Positions 37,201-50,200 of a stretch of 64,000 bases of DNA are shown one piece after another (position 1 is the first letter of the stretch; every line of letters starts with the position of its first letter). The stretch spans positions 39,040-103,039 of the forward strand of contig NIVC01002019.1 of NCBI GenBank assembly GCA_002269645.1, given 5' to 3'. Source of the stretch: Macrostomum lignano. Taxonomy: Eukaryota. The position numbers and the translations under genes were made by a program. The notes beneath the pieces are model-generated. The model was not told the origin of the DNA. It saw only the letters and a list, made by a program, of their open reading frames with translations, and made no database searches.

Positions 37201-40097
37201 CATCCAGTCGATATTTCGCACCTACCGGTTCGGCCAGACCAAGCCGGTATTCGTGTACAGACTGGTAGCCCAGGGCACTATGGAGGAGAAGATCTATAGC
37301 AGGCAGGTGAACAAACAGTCGCTAGGCTTTCGCGTTATCGACGAGCACCAGATTAATCGGCACTTCAGCGCTGCCGATCTCGTCCAGCTGTACACCCTGA
37401 CTGTGGACCGATTCGATCCGAGCATTGACGCTAGGAAGCGTTTTGACCTGCCCGCTGATGGTGTCCTGGCTGGTGAGTGTGCAGTCTGGATTCTAGACCG
37501 ATATGTATCGAAAACACTGTAAATTAGACTATATAGTCCAGTCGGTTCAAAAACCGTTACTTTGGTTTGCTAACTGCTAGCTACACGAGTTAATGATAAA
37601 CATGAATGCTAATGAATAATTAAGTGGCTAAAATAATTTACAAACTTGCACCTACACTCGGAACATATATAACAGCTTTTTACTTCCAGTTGAGTAGTAA
37701 GAGAGAACGCATAGGCTATTTTAAAAAATAAATGCAGCTGAAATTCTACTGATAAGTTTAGAAGCCAAGATTTTGCAGTCGTAAAAAACTTGCTAATTGG
37801 TTCATCTATAATAATGTACATTAGCCAGAGCCACTGAGATGTACATGGCAGCCAACTTTAGGCTGGAAAACACCGAGAAAGGCAATGAAACTTGGGCGGC
37901 CAATTTTAAATTTCGGGGTATGGGTTTTGTGTGGAAAGACGCAATTCGAGAGCTTATGTTGGGGGAAGGGGGGGTTAAGAGTTAATAAATAAACCTTGTC
38001 TTGAAAAAACAATACATTAAGTGGTTTTGGTTAGCTTACTACTGAACTGAATAGTAGCTTACACGCAAATGTGCTGAGTGGCCCATCTAGTTATTTTCTT
38101 TTTTAAGCGGTCTGTATGGTCGGGTCGGTTATCAGCAATATCTCGACCAGAGTGGATCAGAAGGCTTTAAACAGGGGTCAGCAACCTCCGGTCCGCGGGC
38201 CATACGCAGCCCTCAAAGCCTCTCTATCCGGCCCTCAGGTCCTTTGAAACTTCACAATGGCAATCCGGCCCGCTCAAGCTTTGTGTCTCTGCTCAGCTCT
38301 GTCTCTTCTCTCTTCTTTACCCTCTCCCCCCTCTCCCTCTCCCCTCTTCTTCTCTCCCCTCTCCCTTCTCTTCTTTCCCCTCTCCCTTCTCTTCTTTCCC
38401 CTCTCCCTTCTCTTCTTTCCCCTCTCCCCTCTCTTCTTTCCCCTCTCCCTTCTCTTCTTTCCCTCTCCCCTCTCTTCTTTCCCCTCTCCCTTCTCTTCTT
38501 TCCCCTCTCCCTTCTCTTCTTTCTCCTCTCCCTTCTCTTCTTTCCCCTCTCCCTTCTCTTCTTTCTCCTCTCCCTTCTCTTCTTTCCCTCTCCCTTCTCT
38601 TCTTTCCCTCTCCCTACTCTTCTTTTCCCTCTCCCTTCTCTTCTTTCTCCTCTCCCTTCTCTTCTTTCCCTCTCCCTTCTCTTCTTTCCCTCTCTCTTCT
38701 CTTCTTTCCCCTCTCCCTTCTCTTCTTTCCCCTCTCCCTTCTCTTCTTTCCCATCTCCCTTCTCTTCTTTCCCCTCTCCCTTCTCTTCTTTCCCCTCTCC
38801 CTTCTCTTCTTTCCCATCTCCCTTCTTTTCTTCTCTCCTCTCTTCTCCCCTCCCCTCTCTCTCTATCTCTCTTCCTCTTCCCTCTCTCCCTCTTCTCTCT
38901 TTTACGACGTATCTTTTCTCTCATATCATTCCCCGCCTCTCCTCTCCTCTCATCTTTCGTCTTCCATTCCCTTTTCTTTCCACTCTCATCTGGCCCGCAG
39001 ACAAGAGCTGCATTCCCTATCTGGCCCTTTAGGTAAAAAAGTTTGCCGACCCCTGGCTTAAAAATTGCGTTGAGGTAATGGGGACTTCGTTGAGAAAAGC
39101 CTCTCAGCACTTATACTCAGCAACATTGAAAAGTCGCCACCCTTTGCCCCAGTGAGCAGTGTCTTTCTAGCAGCGTCTATCACCTGGCCAACCATTTTGA
39201 TATTTAAAAAATGCTTGAAAAAAACTATGAAAACATGGCGGAAGCTTCAATCCGTCTAATCTTCGCCCTCCGCTCCTCCCGATCCCTCCTCACCCAGCCC
39301 AAAACTCTGCGTCGCGTGGCGCAAGTTGCGTCACTCAAAAGTTAATACTGAACTAGAATTTACTGCGCACTCTCAAAGGTGGCGACTGTTTTTAGGGTCA
39401 AAAGGTACACTATGTACTTTAGCAAGCTGTGTAGCCAACACGAATCAATCAGTGAAGCTGAGCTCTGAAATGAAGGATCGCACAGGAAAATCCGCTAAGA
39501 ATTGCCATAGAAATCAAGGCCGTCCCATTTGAACCCGCAGACCTGCTGGCCAGTGAGGCCCGCTGGATAGCCAGCTACCACCTGCACGACTCGCTGCTAG
39601 AGAACGTAGAAAGCGAGCTGCTCACCGATGAGGAGCGGCAGCAGGCCTGGCAGGAGTACGAGCAGGAGAAGCACGCGCCAAAGGCTCGGCCGCAGCCACC
39701 GCCGCAACCGCAACAGACAGCTGCCACGGAGGACGGGCCGAGCTCTCCTGAGCAGCAGCTGCGGCACAGCGCCACCGTAGCGAATTTCTCCGGCTCTGCC
39801 GCCGCCCTGCAGCAGCAGCCGCAAAAGCCGCCACAGCCGCCGCCTCGGGCTGCCAGCTCAGCCGCCCTGCTGCAGCAGCCGCAGCCGGCAATGAACCCTG
39901 AGCGGCAGCAGATTACCAATCTGCAGCTGCAGTATCCGCTGCAGTTTCTGAATATTCGCAACCAGGTGAATCAGCAGCGGACTGACTTGGCAGACAAGCC
40001 GGCCGAACTGGACCGCTTAGCCTATCGCTATCTGCTGGACTTTCTGCGCAAACAGCAGGAGCAGCGGCTGCAGAAACTGCAACAGCAGAATCAGTGA
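31298..40097 (+). CDS. ATRX: ATRX/XNP-type SNF2 chromatin remodeller (about 1079 aa), no ADD domain seen
   Basis: Exons 31298-31723, 32643-33187, 33595-33733, 33861-34126, 35222-35495, 36022-36718, 37137-37472 and 39541-40097 are in frame. ATRX-specific motifs: [112 protein letters not shown]...[14 protein letters not shown]. Intron 34127-35221 is GC-AG. The start codon is uncertain. Confidence 0.92.
31780..32615. repeat. Two adjacent 23-bp minisatellites (CAATCGCCCTCTCGCCTTATTTA; GGGAATCGCCCTGCAGCCTCATA), ATRX intron 1
   Basis: Directly visible. A GTCGTCCTCTCCTTATTGAGATATAGGTGATC segment is duplicated at about 31814 and 32047. Confidence 0.93.
33215..33555. repeat. 41-bp minisatellite (CTCAGATTCCCCCAATAGCAATTCAGTGGCTGAGTTGTGTG), ATRX intron 2
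   Basis: Directly visible. Confidence 0.93.
34163..34415 (-). mobile_element. tRNA-derived SINE with CORE-like domain, copy 1
   Basis: Pol III A-box-like (TAGCCTAGTGG) and B-box (GGTTCGATTC) head, then TGTGTCCTTGAGCAAGACACTTAACTCT...CTGTAAAATGGGT. The 3' part matches copy 2 apart from an internal deletion at a poly-C run. Confidence 0.85.
34515..35120. repeat. 41-bp minisatellite (GGACATTTGTCTGAGAATTGTCCTTTGGCGCTGACAATGCC), ATRX intron 4
   Basis: Directly visible. Confidence 0.95.
37631..38095. mobile_element. MITE family B, copy 1
   Basis: Shares CTACTGAACTGAATAGTAGCTTACACGCAAATGTGCTGAGTGGCCCATCTAGTTATT and internal sequence with 41991-42388 and 50031-50350. The left end is degenerate. 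Confidence 0.7.
38172..39055. mobile_element. hAT/Charlie-like MITE with about 700 bp of internal CT-rich repeat expansion
   Basis: Termini CAGGGGTCAGCAAC / GTTTGCCGACCCCTG, with near-TSD GCTTTAAA / GCTTAAAA and GGCCC subterminal motifs. Homologous to 59894-60119. Confidence 0.85.
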
Positions 40098-40389
40098 TCT
40101 AATCAGCTTGTCACAACTGACGATTGTGAAACTTTTTTATTAACATGTTATTCACGAAATTCTTTCTACCCGTAATGGGTTAGCAGTTTTTTTATAGAAA
40201 CTATTAATAAGGCATGCTTTCCTGTTTTTAAGGCCTGTCGGCTCGGTATTGCTTAGTTATATTGTTATACTAGCTAAATTGTAGTGGCTATTAATCAAAG
40301 TACACGCCTATGATATCAATTAGCGCTTTGTTATGTACACTGACAAGCGCCAATCCGAAAATAAGTTGGTGTAAAAACCCACTTAACGA

Positions 40390-41605
40390 GAGAATCCAGC
40401 CAATCAGCTCATTCCAGGCTCAGAATCATTCAGCCAATCAGCTGATTCCCGTCTCACAATCCAGCCAATCAGCTGATTCCAGGCTCACAATCCAGCCAAT
40501 CAGCTGATTCCAGGCTCACAATCCAGCCAATCAGCTGATTCCAGGCTCATAATCCAGCCAATCAGCTGATTCCAGGCTCAGAATCCAGCCAATCAGCTGA
40601 TTCCAGTCTCAGAATCATCCATTAATCAGCTGATTCCAGGCTCAGAATCATCCAGCCAATCAGCTGATTCCAGGCTCATAATCCAGCCAATCAGCTGATT
40701 CCCGTCTCACAATCCAGCCAATCAGCTGATTCCAGGCTCATAATCCAGCCAATCAGCTGATTCCCGTCTCACAATCCAGCCAATCAGCTGATTCCAGGCT
40801 CACAATCCAGCCAATCAGCTGATTCCAGTCTCAGAATCATCCATTAATCAGCTGATTCCAGGCTCAGAATCATCCAGCCAATCAGCGGATTCCAGGCTCA
40901 GAATCATCCAGCCAATCAGCTGATTCTAGGCTCAGAATCATCCAGCCAATCAGCGGATTCCAGGCTCAGAATCATCCAGCCAATCAGCTGATTCCAGGCT
41001 CACAATCCAGCCAATCAGCTGATTCCAGGCTCACAATCCAGCCAATCAGCTGATTCCAGGCTCATAATCCAGCCAATCAGCTGATTCCAGGCTCAGAATC
41101 CAGCCAATCAGCTGATTCCAGTCTCAGAATCATCCATTAATCAGCTGATTCCAGGCTCAGAATCATCCAGCCAATCAGCTGATTCCAGGCTCAGAATCAT
41201 CCATTAATCAGCTGATTCCAGGCTCAGAATCATCCAGCCAATCAGCTGATTCCAGGCTCATAATCCAGCCAATCAGCTGATTCCCGTCTCACAATCCAGC
41301 CAATCAGCTGATTCCAGGCTCACAATCCAGCCAATCAGCTGATTCCAGTCTCAGAATCATCCATTAATCAGCTGATTCCAGGCTCAGAATCATCCAGCCA
41401 ATCAGCGGATTCCAGGCTCAGAATCATCCAGCCAATCAGCTGATTCTAGGCTCAGAATCATCCAGCCAATCAGCGGATTCCAGGCTCAGAATCATTCAGC
41501 CAATCAGCTGATTCCCGTCTCACAATCCAGCCAATCAGCTGATTCCAGGCTCACAATCCAGCCAATCAGCTGATTCCAGGCTCACAATCCAGCCAATCAG
41601 CGGAT
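40390..41605. repeat. 31/34-bp minisatellite (AATCCAGCCAATCAGCTGATTCCAGGCTCAC) 3' of ATRX
   Basis: Directly visible; the unit contains the palindrome AATCAGCTGATT. Confidence 0.95.
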
Positions 41606-41990
41606 TTCAGGCTGGCAATAGATGCTATTTTTCGAAGGTACGAGGGTAAATAGGCGAGTAACAAAGCTGCCAACAAAACTCATATTTAGCTTGATTATTC
41701 CAGAATCAATTATTCTCCTTATTCCAGATCATTCTGTACTACGAGCTCGTATTAGTAGTATGATTGTTTTAAGTGTAACTATTTGCTTACCTGCTGTGTG
41801 GCTTTTGGCCGCCTGTTCCCCCGCTGCTGATAACAGCTAATCCGGTCTCAGCCTCTCAGGTGTCTCAAGTCTGTCTATTCAGCAAAGCATTTTCGCGCAG
41901 TGTGACAGTGCTGTGTAAAACGCATGGTTTAATATGATGTAATGTATAATATACGCATACTAATGGACCTAGTCCAGCCACAGATACTAA

Positions 41991-42388
41991 AATAACCAGA
42001 TGGGCCACTCAGGCATATATATTGATACTTGGTAAAACAGCTTTCTACTTTCAGTTCAGTAGCAAAGAAGAATACATAAGCTGTTATTAAAAAAAAGCCA
42101 GCTGAAACGACTTTGATAATTCAAGCAGGCCCAAGCTTGCAGGCATAAACAGCTGGCTAATTGGTTTAGCAATAATGTACACTGAAAATAAAGAATTCCG
42201 AGAAAGGCAATAAAAGTTGGGGCGGGGCGTTGGTGGTGTAGAAAGGCGCGGTTGGAGGGTTTAGGCTGGGGGTAAGAGCCAATAAATGAGCCTTGGCTTT
42301 AAAAATACATTAAAATGCTTCAGTTTAACTTACTACTGAACTGAAAGTAGCTTACACGCAAATGTTCTGAGTGGCCCAGCTAGTTATT
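41991..42388. mobile_element. MITE family B, copy 2 (both ends present)
   Basis: TIR AATAACCAGATGGGCCACTCAG / CTGAGTGGCCCAGCTAGTTATT with inverted subterminal CTACTTTCAGTTCAGTAG. Superfamily not assigned. Confidence 0.75.
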
Positions 42389-43104
42389 CTAGTATTTGTG
42401 AGTCCAGCTGGCTCTCTATGATCAGATATACAGCATAAATCGATCATTAATAGAGAGTCCAAAGACAGGATCAACTAGGGCAGAAAATGCTATATATATT
42501 GTAAAACAATCTTTAATTTTCTTAAATAAATATGCAATACGATAAACCCCAACACAATTTTAATATAGCATACATATTGTGTATTGTTGGTAAAACAATT
42601 AGTAATTTAGTGTCTATAATATCTGGTTGCTTTATTGATGATATAAATTTATTTTTATATCATTTTTATATGCATTTTATATTTTACGAGTTTAAAAAGT
42701 CCGCGACCTCTCGGTTAAGAGTATCACGATGAATACATTACGAGGTGTAACAAATACCATGGATTAAAATTATCGGCAAGCATGCGTTGATAATATTGGC
42801 ATTGGCACCAAACTGACTCTCGTTTGTCATACAACACTAGCTGCAAAGCTGTATTATTACAGGGAGATAAAAGGCATTCTACCAATTGAATACTTTCACC
42901 GCGACATACTCGTATGCTTATGCAATAGCTAGGAGACGGAAGCTAATAAGCACTCACTGGAGACCGGCGGTTTTTGTTGCACAATGCACGTGCACCGTTA
43001 GGAAGTTTTGAGTGTTTGAGCACATTTGAGCATTCGTAATTGTTTTCCTGAATTTTAAGTTTATACTGCATTTGTCAGTGAAGTTGATAAATAACCCGAT
43101 CTAG

Positions 43105-43595
43105 CTGAGAATTCGCTGCAGCCACAGCACTGCACTCGGCCATAGACAATAAAGCCAATCAAGTGCAGACTCCCCATTCCCTGCAGCAACAGCAGCCACA
43201 AGCACTGCACTCGGCCATAGACAAAAAAGCCAATCAAGTGCAGACTCCCCATTCCCTGCAGCAACAGCAGCCACAGCACTGCACTCGGCCATAGACAATA
43301 AAGCCAATCAAGTGCAGACTCCCCATTCCCTGCAGCAACAGCAGCCACAGCACTGCACTCGGCCATAGACAATAAAGCCAATCAAGTGCAGACTCCCCAT
43401 TCCCTGCAGCAACAGCAGCCACAGCACTGCACTCGGCCATAGACAATAAAGCCAATCAAGTGCAGACTCCCCATTCCCTGCAGCAACAGCAGCCACAGCA
43501 CTGCACTCGGCCATAGACAATAAAGCCAATCAAGTGCAGACTCCCCATTCCCTGCAGCAACAGCAGCCACAGCACTGCACTCGGCCATAGACAAT
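43105..43595. repeat. 74-bp tandem repeat, about 6.5 copies
   Basis: Directly visible; the repeat-derived ORFs are staggered by 74 bp. Confidence 0.93.
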
Positions 43596-44207
43596 TAAGT
43601 CAGTCAAATGTGGGCATATAGAAATAGTTGTCAATTTAGTGTACTGTGTAAACAAACCGGCATCCAATGAATTCTGCACTATTGTCAAGCTGTCCAATGA
43701 AGGCAATCTAGACACTGAGTCTTAATTTTAACCTGAAAATCGCACGATTATTGAGAAAAGTAAAACAATGAATAGCATATATTGATGAGAATTGCTCTGC
43801 TAATCCAGCCACTTCCCGGAATCTACAGTGAAGCTGATAGTGAGGGTGATACACTCTTATCTTGCTGCGCCCGAACGGACTCGCTGTCAACTCTTTGTCA
43901 ACCTATTATTTAGTAGGTGATTTTCTCTTACAGATAAATTGCAAACTAATAAGTGTAAAGCCCGGTTAACACTACTGTTAGTAGCTCTGCAGGTCAGATA
44001 GGATTGAAATTCAAGTTTTTTCATTGTTTTTTCTTTATTTTCAAGTCAATAAACATCTCCGTCAGTCTTAAAAATGTTGTTCGTCGCCATTCGGGCTCAG
44101 CAAAGTACAATTTAATACCATAGCAAATATACGGGCGGATAAACACTCTAGGCAGATTAATATTAAAACTGTTAGAGAGGCCAACACATATCGGCAGTTG
44201 CTAATGA

Positions 44208-47200
44208 TCACTCGATGGAAGGCAGCGGCCCCACCCCGGCAGCCAGCCGGTGCACCGCCTCCGCCACCTGCAGCGCCAGCTGGTCCGCCAGCTCCCTGGT
44301 TGCGCCCTCAGCGTACACCCGGACAACATCCTCCGTGCCGGACGGGCGGACAAAAGCCCGGCCACGCTGGGTGGCCGCCACCAGGTCATCTATGACCGGC
44401 TGCAGTCCCTCCGGCAGCACGCAGCGCCGCTCGGCATCCGTGGTGGTCACCGCCGACCTGTTGGCGACCGACACCTTCAGCTGGCGGCTGGGCAGGTCCG
44501 TGTAGCAGGCGTTCCACTCGGCCGCGCCCCAGCCCGCCTCGGCCAGCGCGTGCTCCACTGCCAGCAGCACAGAGACTGCGTCACCCACCTGCGGCAGTGA
44601 GAGCGGGAGATGCTTGAGCCTGACCTCTGCTGACACTAAATATGCCTGTCTCTGACACCTCTGCTGACACTAAATATGCCTGTCTCTGACACCTCTGCTG
44701 ACACTAAATATGCCTGTCTCTGACACCTCTGCTGACACTAAATATGCCTGTCTCTGAGACCTCTGCTGACACTAAATATGCGTGTGTCTGACATCTCTGC
44801 TGACACTAAATATGCCTGTCTCTGACACCTCTGCTGACGCTAAATATGCCTGTCTCTGACATCTCTGCTGACACTAAATATGCCTGTCTCTGAGACCTCT
44901 GCTGACACTAAATATGCCTGTCTCTGAGACCTCTGCTGACACTAAATATGCCTGTCTCTGAGACCTCTGCTGACACTAAATATGCGTGTGTCTGACACCT
45001 CTGCTGACACTAAATATGCCTGTCTCTGACACCTCTGCTGACGCTAAATATGCCTGTCTCTGAGACCTCTGCTGACACTAAATATGCCTGTCTCTGAGAC
45101 CTCTGCTGACACTAAATATGCGTGTGTCTGACATCTTTGCTGACACTAAATATGCTTGTCTCTGACACCTCTGCTGACGCTAAATATGCGTGTGTCTGAC
45201 ATCTCTGCTGACACTAAATATGCCTGTCTCTGACACCTCTGCTGACGCTAAATATATCTGTCTCTGACACCTCTGCTGACGCTAAATATGCCTGTCTCTG
45301 ACATCTCTGCTGACACTAAATATGCCTGTCCCTGACACCTCTGCTGACCATAAATATGCCTGTGTCTGACACCTCTGCTGACACTAAATATGTCTGTCTC
45401 TGACACCTCTGCTGACAATAAATATGCCTGTCTCTGAGACCTCTGCTGACACTAAATATGCGTGTGTCTGACATCTCTGCTGACACTAAATATGCCTGTC
45501 TCTGAGACCTCTGCTGACACTAAATATGCCTGTGTCTGACATCTCTGCTGACACTAAATATGCCTGTCTCTGAGACCTCTGCTGACACTAAATATGCCTG
45601 TGTCTGACATCTCTGCTGACACTAAATATGCCTGTCTCTGACACCTCTACTGACGCTAAATATGCGTGTGTCTGACATCTCTGCTGACACTAAATATGCC
45701 TGTCTCTGACACCTCTGCTGACGCTAAATATGCGTGTGTCTGACACCTCTGCTGACCATAAATATGCCTGTCTCTGACACCTCTGCTGACGCTAAATATG
45801 CGTGTGTCTGACACCTCTGCTGACACTAAATATGCCTGACTCTGACACCTCTGCTGACCATAAATATGCCTGTGTCTGACACCTCTGCTGACACTAAATA
45901 TGCCTGTCCCTGACACCTCTGTTGACCATAAATGTCTGTGTCTGACACCTCTGCTGACACTAAATATGCCTGTCCCTGACACCTCTGTTGACCATAAATG
46001 TCTGTGTCTGACACCTCTGCTGATTATAAATATGCCTGTGTCTGACATCCCACACTGAAATTGCTGAGTCCTGACCCCCTATCACAGAAAGCTTTCAACC
46101 CCAGACCCCGAGCACAAGCGCGCCGCAGCCCACCGTCTCATTGATCAGATCCATCACCAGGCGCAGTTCTCGAGCCGCTTCAACTTTCTCGCCAGCCTCG
46201 CCCTCACTGTCGGCAGCGACGGCCAAAATAGCCGATCGAGCCCGGTCGCTGAACAGCACAGTGCCGTGACCGTTGGCCTCAAAATAAACGCCGATGTCGA
46301 AGTCTTTGGCCCGCTTGTGCAGATGCTTGACGCCGGTTGGCACGCAAGCCACCGCCACGCCCAGCTGTTCGGCGAGGTAGCGGGTGGACTCGGCGTTGGC
46401 GTAGGCGGTCTGCACCAGGCCGGTGTTCAGATTCAGCCCGGCCGCTCGGATCCGCCCGATCAGGTAGGCGGCGAGCAGGGCCGCCTGCTTGTCGCCGTCC
46501 AACATCTGCGCGATGGCGATGGCGATTATTCGGTTAGTTGGTGTTTATTAATTTTTGTTTACTGGTTAATTTTAGTTGATTTGTTGAATTCTTTTTGTCG
46601 ATTTTTTGCTTACTTGCTAATTTTAGCTTACTTGTTGATTTTTAGTGTATTTGTTGATTTTAGTTGATTTGTTGATTTTAGCTTACTTGTTGATTTTTAG
46701 TGTATTTGTTGATTTTAGTTGATTTGTTGATTTTAGCTTACTGTTGATTTTTAGTTTTTAGTTGATTTTAGTTGATTTGTTGATTTTAGTTGATTTGTTG
46801 ATTTTAGCTTACTTGTTGATTTTTAGTGTATTTGTTGATTTTAGTTGATTTGTTGATTTTAGCTTACTTGTTGATTTTTAGTTTTTAGTTGATTTTAGTT
46901 GATTTGTTGATTTTAGCTTACTGTTGATTTTTAGTGTATTTGTTGATCTTAGTTCATTTGTTGATTTTAGCTTACTGTTGATTTTTAGTGTATTTGTTGA
47001 TCTTAGTTCATTTGTTGATTTTAGCTTACTGTTGATTTTTAGTTTTTAGTTGATTTTAGTTGATTTGTTGATTTTAGTTGATTTGTTGATTTTAGCTTTC
47101 TTGTTGATTTTAGCTGATTTGTTGATTTTAGCTGATTTGTTGATTTTAGCTGATTTGTTGATTTTAGCTGATTTGTTGATTTTTAGTTTATTTGTTGATC

Positions 47201-50200
47201 TTTGTTGATTTGTTGATTTTAGTTGATTTGTTGATTTTAGCTTACTTGTTGATTTTTAGTTTATTTGTTGATTTTAGTTGATTAGTTGATTTTTAGTTGA
47301 TTTGTTGATTTTTAGTTTATTTGTTGATTTTAGTTGATTTGTTGATTTTAGCTTTCTTGTTGATTTTAGCTGATTTGTTGATTTTAGCTGATTTGTTGAT
47401 TTTAGCTGATTTGTTGATTTTAGCTGATTTGTTGATTTTTAGTTTATTTGTTGATCTTTGTTGATTTGTTGATTTTAGTTGATTTGTTGATTTTAGCTTA
47501 CTTGTTGATTTTTTTTTTATTTGTTGATTTTAGTTGATTAGTTGATTTTTAGTTGATTTGTTGATTTTTAGTTTATTTGTTGATTTTAGTTGATTTGTTG
47601 ATTTTAGCTTTCTTGTTGATTTTAGCTGATTTGTTGATTTTAGCTGATTTGTTGATTTTAGCTGATTTGTTGATTTTAGCTGATTTGTTGATTTTTAGTT
47701 TATTTGTTGATCTTTGTTGATTTGTTGATTTTAGTTGATTTGTTGATTTTAGCTGGCTAATTTTTTGTTTTTCGTTGATCTTTGTTTATGTGTAAGGTTC
47801 TTTGTTCATTTGTTGATTTTTGTTTATGTGTAAGTTTTTGTTTACTTGTAGAGTTTTTTGTGTAGGGTTTTTTGTTTATTTGTAATTTTTTATTTATAGC
47901 TTTTTGTTTACTCGTATTTGTAGGCATATTTTTGTAGTTTTTTAGTTAAGTTGAGTTTTTTTGTAGCTGTTTGTTGATGTGAAGCCGTTTTATTATTTCA
48001 ATTTTTGTCTATTTTCAGTCTTCTTGTTGATTTGCAGCTTTTTCATTTGCATTTTTTCTAATCTTGCCTTGTATTTTAAAGCAGAAGCCCCTCATTCTCA
48101 CCTGGAACTGGCCCTCGGAGTCGCAGTAGAAATAGATTATCCTATCAGCATCGCCATCGAACGAAGCCCAGCGCTGCCCCGGCTCGAACTGCAGGCCCCG
48201 GCCCTCCGGGAAGCGCATCTGCACTTTGACGAAGTCCGCGCCGCACCTGCGGGTGGGGGCACACATGAAATACTGACAGTCACACATGAAATACTGACAG
48301 CTACTCATGAAATACTGACAGGCACACATGAAATACTGACAGTCACACATGAAATACTGACAGGCACACATGAAATACTGACAGTCACACATGAAATACT
48401 GACAGTCACACATGAAATACTGACAGTCACACATGAAATACTGACAGTAACACATGAAATACTGACAGGCACACATGAAATACTGACAGGCACACATGAA
48501 ATACTGACAGGCACACATGAAATACTGACAGCTACTCATGAAATACTGACAGCTACTCATGAAATACTGACAGCTACTCATGAAATACTGACAGCTACTC
48601 ATGAAATACTGACAGCTACTCATGAAATACTGACAGCTACTTATGAAATACTGACAGCTACTTATGAAATACTGACAGTCCCACATGAAATACTGACAGG
48701 CACACATGAAATACTGACAGGCACACATGAAATACTGACAGTCACACATGAAATACTGACAGTCACACATGAAATACTGACAGCTACTCATGAAATACTG
48801 ACAGGCACACATGAAATACTGACAGTCACACATGAAATACTGACAGTCACACATGAAATACTGACAGCTACTCATGAAATACTGACAGCTACTTATGAAA
48901 TACTGACAGCTACTCATGAAATACTGACAGTCACACATGAAATACTGACAGCTACTCATGAAATACTGACAGCTACTCATGAAATACTGACAGCTACTCA
49001 TGAAATACTGACAGTCACACATGAAATACTGACAGTCACACATGAAATACTGACAGCTACTCATGAAATACTGACAGGCACACATGAAATACTGACAGTC
49101 ACACATAAAAAGACAAAGAAACAGTCACATTAAAGGACAGAGAACCAAACGTAAAAGACAGGCAAACCCAGATATTAAAAGACAGACAAATAAAAAAGAA
49201 TCAGGCAATAAAGACGGACGAACAGACATTAAGCGCAGGTAGAAAATACAAGGTGAGCCCGGTGCAGTCACCTATAATTAAGCTCGCCATCGCCGCTATT
49301 ATGCACAACCAGGCGCAGGTGCTCGCCAAGAAGCGGCGCCAACTGCGCCAGCGCCCCGGCGCCAACTCCGTTAGCGGCGTCGATGTGAACGCTGCGAGGA
49401 CCGGCGCCGCCGCCGCCCTTTAGCGACCTTCTCTCGGCCAGTCGGACAAAAGCGCCGGCCAGTTTCTCGGCGTAACCGGACAGGCTCGGCCGGCCGTAAG
49501 CCGGGTTGTTGGTGCAGGCCACAATGTAGTGCAGCTGCGGAGTTGTGAGCACGCCCAGCTGCTCAGCCACAGCCAGCTGTTCGTCATCGGCTTCATCAGT
49601 GCCGGCCGGATTGCAGGCGCGAACTCCGGCGGCCACAGCCTCGGCCAGGCTGGGCGAGGATTTGCGCGAATCGTGTCCGACCAGAACTCGGCCGCGTCTG
49701 GACGGACGGAAGAGATGAGGGTGAAACTGGTTAACTGTCCTACTGGCCTAGTGGTCAGAGCGTCGGACTCACCACCGAAAGGTCGGGGGTTCGATTCCCG
49801 ACCCATTCGGAGCAATTTGTGTCCTTGAGCAAGACACTTAACTCTGCATTGCTTCAGTTCACCCAGCTGTAAAATGGGTGCCAGCATTAGCTGGGGTAAT
49901 TGAAGGTGCCTGTGGCGACCCCCCAGTCCTAGGACTGAACAGCCGTACGCAACCTTCAGATGCGCCGCGCAATAGCTGCGGCTGAGCTGTCGGTTGCACA
50001 TTTGGCCCAATTGGGGCCAACCCCAAGCTTACTCAGGCATATATACTTAGTAAAACTGCTCACTACTTCCAGTACAGTAGCGAGGAAGAATTCAAGGCGC
50101 AATTGTAAAGTACATTAGCCAGCGCCACTGTGAATGTACATGACAGCTTTAGGCTGAAACCACCGAGAAAAGCAAAAAAAATTGGGCGGCCGGGGCGGCG

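Noticed and set aside
43530-43890. Short minus-strand ORFs downstream of PGM3 as a possible extra gene with the 74-bp array as its intron
   Set aside because: GC content is lower than the real exons, there are stops in the candidate frames, and I found no consistent splice phase or recognisable motif.
49736-49810. tRNA-like sequence with A and B boxes
   Set aside because: It continues into a CORE-like body shared with a second copy and lacks a clean cloverleaf acceptor stem, so it is a SINE head rather than a tRNA gene.
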